The position numbers and the translations under genes are program-made. The notes beneath the pieces were generated by a model. That model did no database searches and had not been told where the DNA came from. It saw only the letters and a list, made by a program, of their open reading frames with translations. From positions 1-44,383 of the forward strand of contig JADLBZ010000036.1 in the NCBI GenBank assembly GCA_020847415.1: 44,383 nucleotides of DNA, given 5' to 3'. Origin of the DNA: Planctomycetota bacterium. Lineage in GTDB: Bacteria; Planctomycetota; UBA8742; UBA2392. Of this stretch, positions 10,021 through 18,754 are shown piece by piece (position 1 is the stretch's first letter; every line of letters begins with the position of its first letter).

Positions 10021-11235
10021 CTACAGCATCTCCAGCAACTCCCGGGCGCGGCGTTCATCGTCGGGTTTCAAGCCCAGCTTCAGTGCCGTGTTGTAGGCCG
10101 CGCGCGCCTTGGCGCTCTCGCCCAGGGCGTGCAGGCACTGGCCCAGGGCGAGCTGCACGGCGGCGTCGCCGGGGGCAAGCCCAGCCACCCGCTCGTACAG
10201 CTTCACCGCGTGCTCTCGCAGGTGGCCCTCGTGGGTGCAGGCCAGACTGCCGCCGCGCACCTGCAAGCCGGCCGCTTCCTTCCACAGGTTGGCGGCGCGG
10301 CTGGCGATGGCGGCATCAGCCGGGTCCAGTCCCGAGGCCTCTTCCCACAGTGCGGCCGCTGCCGCTTTGTCCGTGGCGGCTCCAGCGGACGCAGCCAGCT
10401 CGTCCTTTCGTGTGCGGCGGGTTTCTGCCGCCTTACGCAGATCGGCCCGTTCCCGCGCACTTTGCGCCGCGTACTCGGTACTCACAAAGGTCTGCTCCCA
10501 GGCGGCCAGCCGGAACAGCACTTCGGCCAGGGTCAGCGTGCCGTCCTTCAGCGCAGCATGGACCGACGCCAACTCGGCGCGGGCTTCCTTCTCACGGGCC
10601 TTGGTCAGCTTCTCCAGGCGCTTGGCGGTCACCAACAGGTCCCGCATCGCGCGAAACTCCGCATCCCACAGGGCGGCCACCTGCAGCGGCTCGCCGTCGG
10701 GCAGGTTCTCACGCAGGCGCACGTAGGTCTCCAGGTCCGGGCGTTCTTCGGCGCTGCGCTTGTGCAGCACGGTCAGCACGCGGTTGGCCAGATCGGGATC
10801 TTTGCGGCTGTAGAGCCAGGCGGCGAAAGCGACAAGTTCAGCCGCCCGGGGTTCGCCTTCTACGGGGAGCGTTCCCAGCATGTAGCGCGGCAGCCAGTCA
10901 TCCCAGCCAAAGGTCGTGTTGTCCGGCGCCGGCGTGCGAATGGGCTTGCCCTGGGCGTCAAGAGCGCCGGTGTCCAGCAGCTTGCGCGTGGTCAGGCCGC
11001 GCTCGCTGGCAGCACGAATCTCGTGGGGCTCGGCGCCTGCCGCGCCGGGAAACCAGGTGCGAGGGAATTCCCCCGCAGCACAGCGGCCGGCAAGCCATTG
11101 CTGCATGGCGGCGTGCCAGTCACGCGCGATGGTGGCCTCGGACCCGGCATCCGGAAAGTGCCGCGCCAGCAGGGCCGGCATGGCGGCTGGCAGGCTGCTC
11201 GCCAGGAGCACAGCCAGCATACAGACGCGGGCCAT
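10021..11235 (-). CDS. Secreted protein, paralogue 1 of an unassigned family (C-terminal TPR-like helices)
   Basis: 404 aa from the ATG at 11235 (the ORF-track start 11244 is a GTG). Signal peptide MARVCMLAVLLASSLPAAMPALLA. Shares AELVAFAAWLYSRKDPDLANRVLTVLHKR, LLVTAK and C-terminal LALGQCLHALGESAKARAAYNTAL with the next gene. Confidence 0.75.
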   Translation of the reverse strand: MARVCMLAVLLASSLPAAMPALLARHFPDAGSEATIARDWHAAMQQWLAGRCAAGEFPRTWFPGAAGAEPHEIRAASERGLTTRKLLDTGALDAQGKPIRTPAPDNTTFGWDDWLPRYMLGTLPVEGEPRAAELVAFAAWLYSRKDPDLANRVLTVLHKRSAEERPDLETYVRLRENLPDGEPLQVAALWDAEFRAMRDLLVTAKRLEKLTKAREKEARAELASVHAALKDGTLTLAEVLFRLAAWEQTFVSTEYAAQSARERADLRKAAETRRTRKDELAASAGAATDKAAAAALWEEASGLDPADAAIASRAANLWKEAAGLQVRGGSLACTHEGHLREHAVKLYERVAGLAPGDAAVQLALGQCLHALGESAKARAAYNTALKLGLKPDDERRARELLEML

Positions 11236-11271
11236 GGCATGCACCAGCAGGGGGAGGTCAGGGGTGCTGCA

Positions 11272-11317
11272 GGGGCGCGTGGGCGCCCCCGTGTGTCCGG
11301 CGCAGCGGTGTGCGCCG
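11272..11317 (-). other. Two GC-rich hairpins in the 95-bp gap between paralogues 2 and 1
   Basis: cggcgca-gcggtg-tgcgccg (11298-11317) and ggggcgc-gtgg-gcgcccc (11272-11289). The second has the same outer 7-bp arms as the REP palindrome at 38359-39348. No T tract follows. Confidence 0.35.
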
Positions 11318-11330
11318 CAAATCTTGCGCG

Positions 11331-12677
11331 TCAGTTCTTCTTGCCGCGGGCCTGGTCCTTCTGCTCCATGTTGCGCATCAAGGCCTGCGCCATGGAGCCG
11401 TTACCCTTGTTGCCTTCAATGGCCACCACGCGTTCGTAGTAGGGCTTGGCGTTCTTGCTGTTCTCGAGGGCCTGCCAGCAGCGGCCCAGAGCCAGCAGGA
11501 AGCTGGTGTTCATGGGCAGCGCCGCCGAGATGATCTCGTAATGAGGGATGGCCTTCTTGATGCCTTCGGAGCGGTCACAGCCGTTGCCGTGGTCGGCGGG
11601 GTGGCCGTACAAGTACCAGGCGTTGGCGCACTCGCCGCGCAGGCTCAGGTCGCAGGGGTCCACCTTCAGCAGCAGCTCCAGTTGCTCGGCCTTCGCCTTC
11701 ATGCCCGGCACGTCCTTGTCGTCCTTGGCCAGGGCCTTGGCCTTGGGGACGTTGTCTTTCAGCATGGCCAGGTCGTCGGTGATGGAGTCCGAGACGGCGG
11801 TCAACAGGTCGGCGTTCTTGGAGTTCTTCAGGAACTCCGAGTTGCCGTAGCCCGCCTTGTACTGCTTGATCTCCCACTCCAGCAGCACCAGCATCATGCT
11901 GGGCGACTTTGCGCGGGGCGCCTTGCCCTTGTAGTCACCGCGCGCCGCCACCAGCTCCTTGAATCGCTTCTCGGCGGCCTTCTCGCGGCTGGCCAGACGG
12001 GCGGCTTTGTCCTTGGCGGTGACCAGGATGGTGCGCTCGACCTGGTACTCGGGGTCCCACTCGGCCCAGTCTTCCAGGGTGGCGCCCTTCTCCCAGCCCA
12101 GCTTCTCGATCAGGTAGGCCTCGATCAGCGGGGCAAGGTCCTTGTTGCGGTGGTGCGCCACCGTCAGCACGCGGTTGCCCAGGTCGTTCTCTTTCTCGCC
12201 CAGCAGCCAAGTACCGAACGCGACCAGGTCGGCATCGTTGTCGTTGGACTCGATGGGGTAGGTCTCAACCAGGTACTTGCCCGGCCACTGTTTCCACGAC
12301 AGCCAGTGCCCCTGGCCCGCCACCTTGTAGATGGGGCGGCCGTTGCCGTCGTAGCCGTCCTTGGCCATGTAATAGGCGCTGAACTGCTGGCGGTTGGCGT
12401 CGCGGATCTCGAACTTCGAAGCTTCCTTGGAGGGACGAAACTCGCCGTCCAGCAGCAGGTGCGTCTGCGGGAAGGTGTTCTTGCTGGTCAGCTTGGAAAC
12501 CCAGTCCGGCAGCTTCTCCCACCAGTCACCGGCAACCTTGGACTCCTTGGCGCCCTTGTGGGTCTTGTCAAAAAGCGGCTGGCCGGCCTGGGCTGCCAGG
12601 GTGCCGCAGAAACCGGCCGCCAGCAGCGCGGCAGCAAGGCCTTTCCACATCGTGAACTGCACAAGGGTGCTCCGCAT
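11331..12677 (-). CDS. Secreted protein, paralogue 2 of the unassigned family
   Basis: 448 aa from the ATG at 12677 (AAGGAGG 6 nt upstream; the ORF-track ATG at 12683 abuts the SD). Signal peptide ...WKGLAAALLAAGFCGTLAAQA. Motifs ADLVAFGTWLLGEKENDLGNRVLTVAHHR, ILVTAK, a coiled-coil-like middle, and C-terminal LALGRCWQALENSKNAKPYYERV. Confidence 0.8.
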   Translation of the reverse strand: MRSTLVQFTMWKGLAAALLAAGFCGTLAAQAGQPLFDKTHKGAKESKVAGDWWEKLPDWVSKLTSKNTFPQTHLLLDGEFRPSKEASKFEIRDANRQQFSAYYMAKDGYDGNGRPIYKVAGQGHWLSWKQWPGKYLVETYPIESNDNDADLVAFGTWLLGEKENDLGNRVLTVAHHRNKDLAPLIEAYLIEKLGWEKGATLEDWAEWDPEYQVERTILVTAKDKAARLASREKAAEKRFKELVAARGDYKGKAPRAKSPSMMLVLLEWEIKQYKAGYGNSEFLKNSKNADLLTAVSDSITDDLAMLKDNVPKAKALAKDDKDVPGMKAKAEQLELLLKVDPCDLSLRGECANAWYLYGHPADHGNGCDRSEGIKKAIPHYEIISAALPMNTSFLLALGRCWQALENSKNAKPYYERVVAIEGNKGNGSMAQALMRNMEQKDQARGKKN

Positions 12678-12729
12678 GTCCATCCTCCTTGCGTCAGGCC
12701 CGTTGCAGGGTTCCTCTACCCGGCATCGG

Positions 12730-14010
12730 CTACTTCATGTCCTTCAAACGCGCCTCGGCGTAGTCCCGGTTCTGCTTTTCCGTGTCGCTGAGCTCTTTCT
12801 TGCCCTCGGTACGGCGCAGCACTTCATCAAAGTGCTGCTTGGCCCGGGCCTTGTCACCGCCCGCCATGAAATTCAGGCCCGCGTGGTTGTGCAGCCCCAG
12901 TTGCGCCGTGTAGATGTCCAGCACAGCCTCCCAGTATACGGCGGCCTGCAGGGCCAGGTCCTTCTTTTCACAACTGGTGCCGTTGTTGGTGATGCCCGCC
13001 CCCTTGCTGCAGGCATCGGCTGCCTTGGCCAGCAGGTCCGGGTTCTGCGGATCGCAGCGCACCAGCGGCACATAGGCGCGGGCGCAACCCTCGGCATCGC
13101 CGTCAATGGCCATGCGGTCGGCCTTGTTGCGGGCGTTCTCGATGTGCTCAAGGTCGGCCTTGATCGCGGCCGTCAACTCTTCGAGGGTCTTCTTGGTCTT
13201 GCTGTTGCCCGCCGTGGCTGTGCCGGCAAAGGCTTTCTCGAAGCGCCCCACGCGGACCAGAAGCACATCCAGCCGCACCTTGGGCGTGCCCTTGCGCTGG
13301 CCGGGCTTGCTCTTTACGTCTTCGCCCTGCTTCAGTTGCAGGTCCTTGAGGGCGTCCTTGGCCTGTTTGTCCAGGGTCTTCAGGCGCTCGGTGGCGGCTT
13401 CAGTGGTGAGCAGCAGGAAGCCCTCTTCGCCGGATTCCAGGTTGGTGGTGGAGGCCTCAGTGAGGCCGCCTTCAGGCAGCGTCCAGCCGTGTTTGGCGAC
13501 CAACCACTCGTCCACTTCCTTCTTGAGCGAGGTTTGCAGCTTGGCCAGGCCGGCCAGCAGGGCGTTGGCGGTCCAGAGCTCTTTCTTGTTCGCGAGCCAG
13601 ACGCACACGCCCACAACCTCCGCGGGTGTGCGATTGGGCGCCTTGAACCACTCCGCCACACAGGCCGGCGGAATGTCATTGAACTTGAGTTTCACGACGG
13701 GCTCGTGGGGCGACCAGGAATACTCCAGCCGGTCGGCGTACCAGCCGCTGCGGGCCAGGGTGGCCCAGGTCAGCTCGTTGGACTTGACCTCTGACAACTC
13801 CACGAAGATGGGTTTCTTGTTGTAGTCCATCCGCAGGCGCGGGCGGGTGGTGTCTTTGAGCGCCGCCTGCAGGAAAGCGCCGATGCCGGCCTCGAAATCC
13901 TTGGCCACGTCGGCCTCGGCCTTGCCGGGGAAGTGCGTCTCCACCAGCCCAGCCAGCAGGCTGGGAGCCAGCAACGAACACAGAAGGGCGCAAAGCGCGG
14001 GCCTGAGCAT
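12730..14010 (-). CDS. Secreted protein, divergent paralogue 3 of the unassigned family
   Basis: 426 aa from the ATG at 14010 (GGGAGA 6 nt upstream). Signal peptide MLRPALCALLCSLLAPSLLAG. Same layout as paralogues 1 and 2: N-domain with AEVVGVCVWLANKKELWTANALL, a charged coiled-coil middle, a Cys-containing segment (CDPQNP...ACSKG...SCEKKD), then TPR-like helices. Confidence 0.75.
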   Translation of the reverse strand: MLRPALCALLCSLLAPSLLAGLVETHFPGKAEADVAKDFEAGIGAFLQAALKDTTRPRLRMDYNKKPIFVELSEVKSNELTWATLARSGWYADRLEYSWSPHEPVVKLKFNDIPPACVAEWFKAPNRTPAEVVGVCVWLANKKELWTANALLAGLAKLQTSLKKEVDEWLVAKHGWTLPEGGLTEASTTNLESGEEGFLLLTTEAATERLKTLDKQAKDALKDLQLKQGEDVKSKPGQRKGTPKVRLDVLLVRVGRFEKAFAGTATAGNSKTKKTLEELTAAIKADLEHIENARNKADRMAIDGDAEGCARAYVPLVRCDPQNPDLLAKAADACSKGAGITNNGTSCEKKDLALQAAVYWEAVLDIYTAQLGLHNHAGLNFMAGGDKARAKQHFDEVLRRTEGKKELSDTEKQNRDYAEARLKDMK

Positions 14011-14116
14011 GGCGGGTCTCCCGTCCGGCAGTACGCGGCTGCGGAGGCGGCCCCGTACATATTGTGCCATAGCCGGTGCAGACCTTACACACCTTGCTTG
14101 CCCATTGGCAACGAAA

Positions 14117-14151
14117 ACGACAGGGCGGGCGTAACCCGCCCGCCCTGTCGT
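14117..14151 (-). terminator. Rho-independent terminator after the 14335-14742 gene
   Basis: 15-bp stem acgacagggcgggcg / cgcccgccctgtcgt with loop taacc. On the minus strand it is followed by a T-rich TTTCGTT. Confidence 0.65.
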
Positions 14152-14334
14152 CTTTGCACGGCCGGCCGGCGCCGCGCTCGAATTGAACCTGTGGCGTCCG
14201 CTCCGCCCCGCAGCAGCGTCAGGCCGCGACGGTCGCGCGCGACCGTCGCCCCTCGGGCTTCTGTCGCGCGCTGTTGCGGAAACGGCGGCAAGCGTTGCAT
14301 GAAATCACCCTCTTTATGCAGCTCGAACAAACCA

Positions 14335-14742
14335 CTACGGATGGTCCGTGGCCGTCGTGTCGGCATCTGCCGAGTTTTCATCTGCCTCCCACGGCGCGCC
14401 GCTGCCTGGCGCGGTGTACACGTCCGTTGGCGCGGTCGTGTCGGCAAAATCGTCCTGCTCCCAGGGGTTGCCGCCGGCTGGCACCACCAGGGCTTCCATG
14501 GCCTGGGCCAGGATCTGGAACGGGCTGACCTCGCCGGCGAGCTGGGCCTCGGTGTAGCCGCCCAGAATCGGCTGGCTGGCCACGATGACCGTCTCAGTAA
14601 CGGTTGGGCCGGCATCGGCAGTGGTGGCCTCGGGGGAGTCGTTGGGCGGCTGTCCCTCAGGCGCGGGGTCTTCAAGGGCAAAGACGACTGCGGCTGGCGC
14701 CAAGGCGGCGGCCAGCAAGGCCAGAAGTGTGCTGCGAATCAT
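14335..14742 (-). CDS. Small secreted acidic Pro/Thr/Ala-rich protein
   Basis: 135 aa. Signal peptide MIRSTLLALLAAALAPAAVVFA. The mature part is strongly acidic (EDPAPEGQPPNDSPEATTADAG...PWEADENSADADTTATDHP). GGGAG 6 nt upstream of the ATG. Codon third positions are GC-rich like neighbouring genes. Confidence 0.6.
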   Translation of the reverse strand: MIRSTLLALLAAALAPAAVVFALEDPAPEGQPPNDSPEATTADAGPTVTETVIVASQPILGGYTEAQLAGEVSPFQILAQAMEALVVPAGGNPWEQDDFADTTAPTDVYTAPGSGAPWEADENSADADTTATDHP

Positions 14743-15235
14743 GGTGGGCTCCCGTGTGGGAGCGGCGACGCGGCGGGCTTGCGGGTACCGGAAGGATGAG
14801 CCTTAAGGCACTTGTCGCGGAGCTTCCTGCCGTGGTTGCGGCACACGCCGCCGCTGCCCGCCGGGGCAGCTCCCTGACGCTGCCTCGCACAGGCGCGAGA
14901 CAGCACGGGAAAACCGTAGCGGATAGAAAGCTTGTAAGCGCTGTAGGCGCAGATGCTTGCAGCGAAAGTTAGAACTCACTCCGCCTGTGCTGGAGTCACT
15001 TGCGAGCGGAGGTCTGCAGGCGCAAGGGCCTCAATCTGGAAGACGTTCGTTGTTTTGGTTGCTTGCGGTGTCGGAAAGCTGTCGCATCGGGACGGAACCG
15101 GCAGAAAACGCCAACCACATTCTGCTCCAATTCCGGTCAACCTTTGCAACTGCCGGGCTCTGCTTCACGTATTAGTGTCGTTCAACGTCCGCCACCGCAG
15201 GGCGTGGTCGTAGTTGCCCTGTTTCGGGAGTATGT

Positions 15236-18200
15236 ATGCGCAATTCACGGTTGCTGCTGGTGCTGTTTGTCCTGTTGCTGGCGCTTGGCCTGGGGGGCGG
15301 TGCGTTCCTGCTGTTCGGTGACGGCTCGGGCGATGCCCGCAGTCGCAGCAACGTGGTAGCTTCCGGCAACCCCTGTGCCGGCGGCTCGGGCGCGGTGGAC
15401 CCGCTGGCAGCCGCGAACACCGGTACCCAGGGCAATGCAACCGGCCCTGTCAACTCGGCGACCCACACCGGCCCCGCCGCCAACGAGACCCACCAGCCGG
15501 CAAACACCGTGGCGAAGCCCGCGACGGTGCCGCCGACACCCGGCCCTGAGACCACGCCGCCAGTTGAGGCAAACGGCGACTGGGAAAAGCAGATTTCCAA
15601 AGTAACCATCCGCGGCACGGTGCTTTTCAAGGCCGACAACCGCCCAGCCCCTGGCGCGACCGTCACCGCGGAAGCCCAGGGAAGCGAGGATCTTCAGCCG
15701 GGCGGCGGAGGCGGAAGGATTCGCAGCAGGGGCCGCCCATCCAGCCACAAATACGGCGGCGACAAGCCGGCCACCGAGATCTCCGGCAGCACCACCACCA
15801 ACGGCGCGGGCGAGTACGTGCTGGAGCTGAGCATTACCAGCTATGTCGCCAAGGCCACGCGCGAGGGCGCCAGGACGCCCCCGATCAAACGCAGGCGAAG
15901 CGGCGACGACCGTGGCAGCAGTGACGACGCCACACCCGACCCCGAAAGCGAAGCCCCCGGCAGCGACCGCAGCGACAAGGACGCCCCGGAATTTGACGGC
16001 GGGCTGGGCTTCGACGGCGAATCCCTGGTGGTGGTCGCCCGCCTGGCGGGCTACGCCCCCGGCCGCTCCGGCGCCATCTGGCCCGCCCCCGGCTCCGAGC
16101 ACGTCGCCAACCTGATGCTGGCTGTGCCCGCCGCTGTCTCCGGTCGCACCGTGGACAGCCTGACCCGCGCCGGCATCGCGGGCGCCCAGGTGTCGTTCAA
16201 CTCGATGGATGACGGCCGCGACGGCTGGACTGCCCCGCGCACGGTGACGACGGACCAGGACGGCTACTTTGCCCTGAATGACCTGCCCGCCGGCACTTAC
16301 TGGTGGTCCATCTCGGCCCAGGGCTACAGCGACTACAACGCCATGAACGGCGAGGGCCGGCTGGATGTCTCCAACGGTGGCGAGCGTAACCTGGGCGAAC
16401 TGCCCCTGATGCCCGAGGGCAGGCTGACCGGCGTGGTCGTGGACGCCCGCACCGGCAAGCCGGTCCGCGACGCCACGATTACCCTGGAGGCAGTCAACGG
16501 CGGGTGGGGCCGCTGGACCCGCGGCGTATCCCGCACCGGCGAGGACGGCCGCTTCACGGCCGAGGGCTTGCAGGCCGGCGTGAACACCCTGAAGGTGCAG
16601 GCTGCCGGCTATGCACGCTTTGAACTGCCTGACGTGAAGACCGAGCCGGGCAAGACCGTGGATGTCGGAACCCTGCGCCTCGATGTAGGGCAGACCCTGT
16701 TGGGTATGGTGCTGAACGCAAACGGCGAGGGCGTGGCGGGTGCCAGCGTCACGCTGGCTGAGCCGCCGGAAGGTGCCTTCAACTTTGTGGACTCCGGCAA
16801 CACGGTGGCCTCGGTGACCACCCAGAGCAACGGCAGCTTCGAGTTGCCCGCCATGTCTGAGGGCAAGTGGCGCCTGATCGTGCGGGCCGAGGGCTACGCC
16901 GACACCCGGCACGACTTCGAGTTCTCCGGCGACACCCGCCCGCTTGAAGTGCGCGTTGTCCGCGGCGGTGCTATCCGCGGCCGTGTGCTGGACGCCGCCG
17001 GCGCGCCGGTGCCCAACATGCAGGTTACGGCTACCGCCCACTCCAGTTCGGCCTATGCCATCATCAAGATCCAGCCCGATGCACAGTTTGGCGGCTTTGG
17101 CGGTTCAACAGCCACCACCGATGCCGAGGGCCGCTTTGTCATTCCCAAGTTGCGCGCCGACGACTACCTGCTGGCGGGCGGCAACGAGGGTACCGGCACG
17201 GTGCGCAAAGACGACATCTCCGTTGAAGACGAGCGCGAAACGGATATCGGCGACCTGCGCCTGGCCGGCAAGGGTGCGCTGCGCGTGTTCGTGACCGAGA
17301 ACGGCGAACCCGTTCAAGGCCTGAAGGTGACCCTGGCGCGCAGCATGAACACCTGGATGAGCGAGAACAAGCTGCAGGGCGTCACCGACGGTACCGGTGC
17401 CACGCTGATTGAGAACGTGCCCGCGGCCGATTACTTCATCCGCACCGACCGCGACAAGGACACCTGGGACACCGAAGTGATGAAAAAGCGCCGTGCCGTG
17501 GTGCGCACCGGCGAGACCGGAGAATTCCGCCTCGAGCTGCGTCCTCGCGACGGCGTGCTGCTGCACGGCCGCCTGACCCTGGGCGGCAAGGCGCTGTTCA
17601 AGGATGTCTACCTGATCGGCACGGGCAACCGCGCCACCGTGATGAAGAACGCCAAGGTGGCCGAGGGCGGCTTCTATGAGTTTGCCGGCCTGGAGACCGG
17701 CGTCTACGAACTCTATGCCCGCGAGTCCGACACCACCGTCGCCGCCAAGCTGCTGGTCAACGCCGAGCAACAAGGCGACCTGGACATCACCCGCGACTTT
17801 GCCGCCATGACCCTGGCCGGCGAGGTCAGCACGCCCCAGAACAGCGCCGCAGAGCGCGCCGCCGTGGACATCACCGTGCGCGCTGCCGATGCCAACGACC
17901 AGATGGGCGGGTGGCTCAGCGGCCGCGCCAAGTGCGACGCCCAGGGGCGGTACCGCATCGAGAACGTGCCCGCCGGGGCTTATCGCGTCACGGCTGTCCT
18001 GGCCGGCGTGGGCAGCACCACCGTGGAGGCCGACGTCAGTGCTGCCAGCCGGCTGGACGCCAACATGGTGCTGGCGGCCAACAGCGGTTCCCTGACCGTG
18101 ACCATCAAGAAGCTGAACGGGCAGTCATCCTCGGGCGTGGGCTTCGGCATGGTACAGTTGCGCGATGCCAAGGGCGCCGTGGTGGCGCTTTCCGACCAGC

Positions 18201-18661
18201 AACAGGGCATGCTGATGCTCTCCGAGGGCACCAGCACCACACTGGAAACCCTGGCCCCCGGCACCTACACGGTGACTGTGCAGGGCAGCGGCTTCCTGCA
18301 GGTCGAGTTGCCGGGCGTGACCATTGAAGTGGGCAAGAAGGCGGCCGTGGACGTGACCCTGACGGCAGGGGCCGAGCTGCACGTGACCTTCATCAACCCC
18401 GAGCTGACACAGGCCCTGCTGGACACCGCGCAGGTGAAGTACTTCACGGCGGCGGGCGTTGAGGTGCCGCGTCAGTCCAACATGTTTGATGCCTGGGGCC
18501 AGCAGGCTCCGCCCGCGGTGCCCACGGTGACGGCCAAGTACCTCAGCACCGATGTCTCCGAGGTGCGCATCAAGGTGCCCGGCTACGCCGAGCTGGTGGT
18601 GCCCGTTCAGCCGCAACCGGGCAAGAAAACCGAACGCCAGGAGTCGCTGGTGGCCGGGTAG
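15236..18661 (+). CDS. Membrane-anchored giant protein with ~10 tandem carboxypeptidase-regulatory-like (CarboxypepD_reg / Cna-B-like) beta-sandwich repeats
   Basis: 1141 aa. N-terminal TM MRNSRLLLVLFVLLLALGLGGGAFLLF, then a Pro/Thr/Ala low-complexity and charged linker. Repeating units follow of the form GRVLDAAGAPVPNMQVTA...DAEGRFVIPKLRADDY, GVVVDARTGKPVRDATITLEA...EDGRFTAEGLQAGVNTLKVQAAGY, and similar. GGGAG 5 nt upstream of the ATG. Confidence 0.8.
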   Translation: MRNSRLLLVLFVLLLALGLGGGAFLLFGDGSGDARSRSNVVASGNPCAGGSGAVDPLAAANTGTQGNATGPVNSATHTGPAANETHQPANTVAKPATVPPTPGPETTPPVEANGDWEKQISKVTIRGTVLFKADNRPAPGATVTAEAQGSEDLQPGGGGGRIRSRGRPSSHKYGGDKPATEISGSTTTNGAGEYVLELSITSYVAKATREGARTPPIKRRRSGDDRGSSDDATPDPESEAPGSDRSDKDAPEFDGGLGFDGESLVVVARLAGYAPGRSGAIWPAPGSEHVANLMLAVPAAVSGRTVDSLTRAGIAGAQVSFNSMDDGRDGWTAPRTVTTDQDGYFALNDLPAGTYWWSISAQGYSDYNAMNGEGRLDVSNGGERNLGELPLMPEGRLTGVVVDARTGKPVRDATITLEAVNGGWGRWTRGVSRTGEDGRFTAEGLQAGVNTLKVQAAGYARFELPDVKTEPGKTVDVGTLRLDVGQTLLGMVLNANGEGVAGASVTLAEPPEGAFNFVDSGNTVASVTTQSNGSFELPAMSEGKWRLIVRAEGYADTRHDFEFSGDTRPLEVRVVRGGAIRGRVLDAAGAPVPNMQVTATAHSSSAYAIIKIQPDAQFGGFGGSTATTDAEGRFVIPKLRADDYLLAGGNEGTGTVRKDDISVEDERETDIGDLRLAGKGALRVFVTENGEPVQGLKVTLARSMNTWMSENKLQGVTDGTGATLIENVPAADYFIRTDRDKDTWDTEVMKKRRAVVRTGETGEFRLELRPRDGVLLHGRLTLGGKALFKDVYLIGTGNRATVMKNAKVAEGGFYEFAGLETGVYELYARESDTTVAAKLLVNAEQQGDLDITRDFAAMTLAGEVSTPQNSAAERAAVDITVRAADANDQMGGWLSGRAKCDAQGRYRIENVPAGAYRVTAVLAGVGSTTVEADVSAASRLDANMVLAANSGSLTVTIKKLNGQSSSGVGFGMVQLRDAKGAVVALSDQQQGMLMLSEGTSTTLETLAPGTYTVTVQGSGFLQVELPGVTIEVGKKAAVDVTLTAGAELHVTFINPELTQALLDTAQVKYFTAAGVEVPRQSNMFDAWGQQAPPAVPTVTAKYLSTDVSEVRIKVPGYAELVVPVQPQPGKKTERQESLVAG

Positions 18662-18720
18662 CCGCGGCTTGGAGCACAGGCAGGCACCACAAGCGCCACG
18701 CCAGGCCGCCCAAACAGCAA

Positions 18721-18745
18721 GCCCTTCGCACGGGGTGCGAAGGGC
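18721..18745. terminator. Hairpin shared by the giant gene (+) and tRNA-Ala (-)
   Basis: Perfect 10-bp stem gcccttcgca / tgcgaagggc with loop cgggg. It lies between the stop at 18661 and the tRNA 3' end at 18755. No clear T tract. Confidence 0.5.
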
Positions 18746-18754
18746 CGGGCAAGC

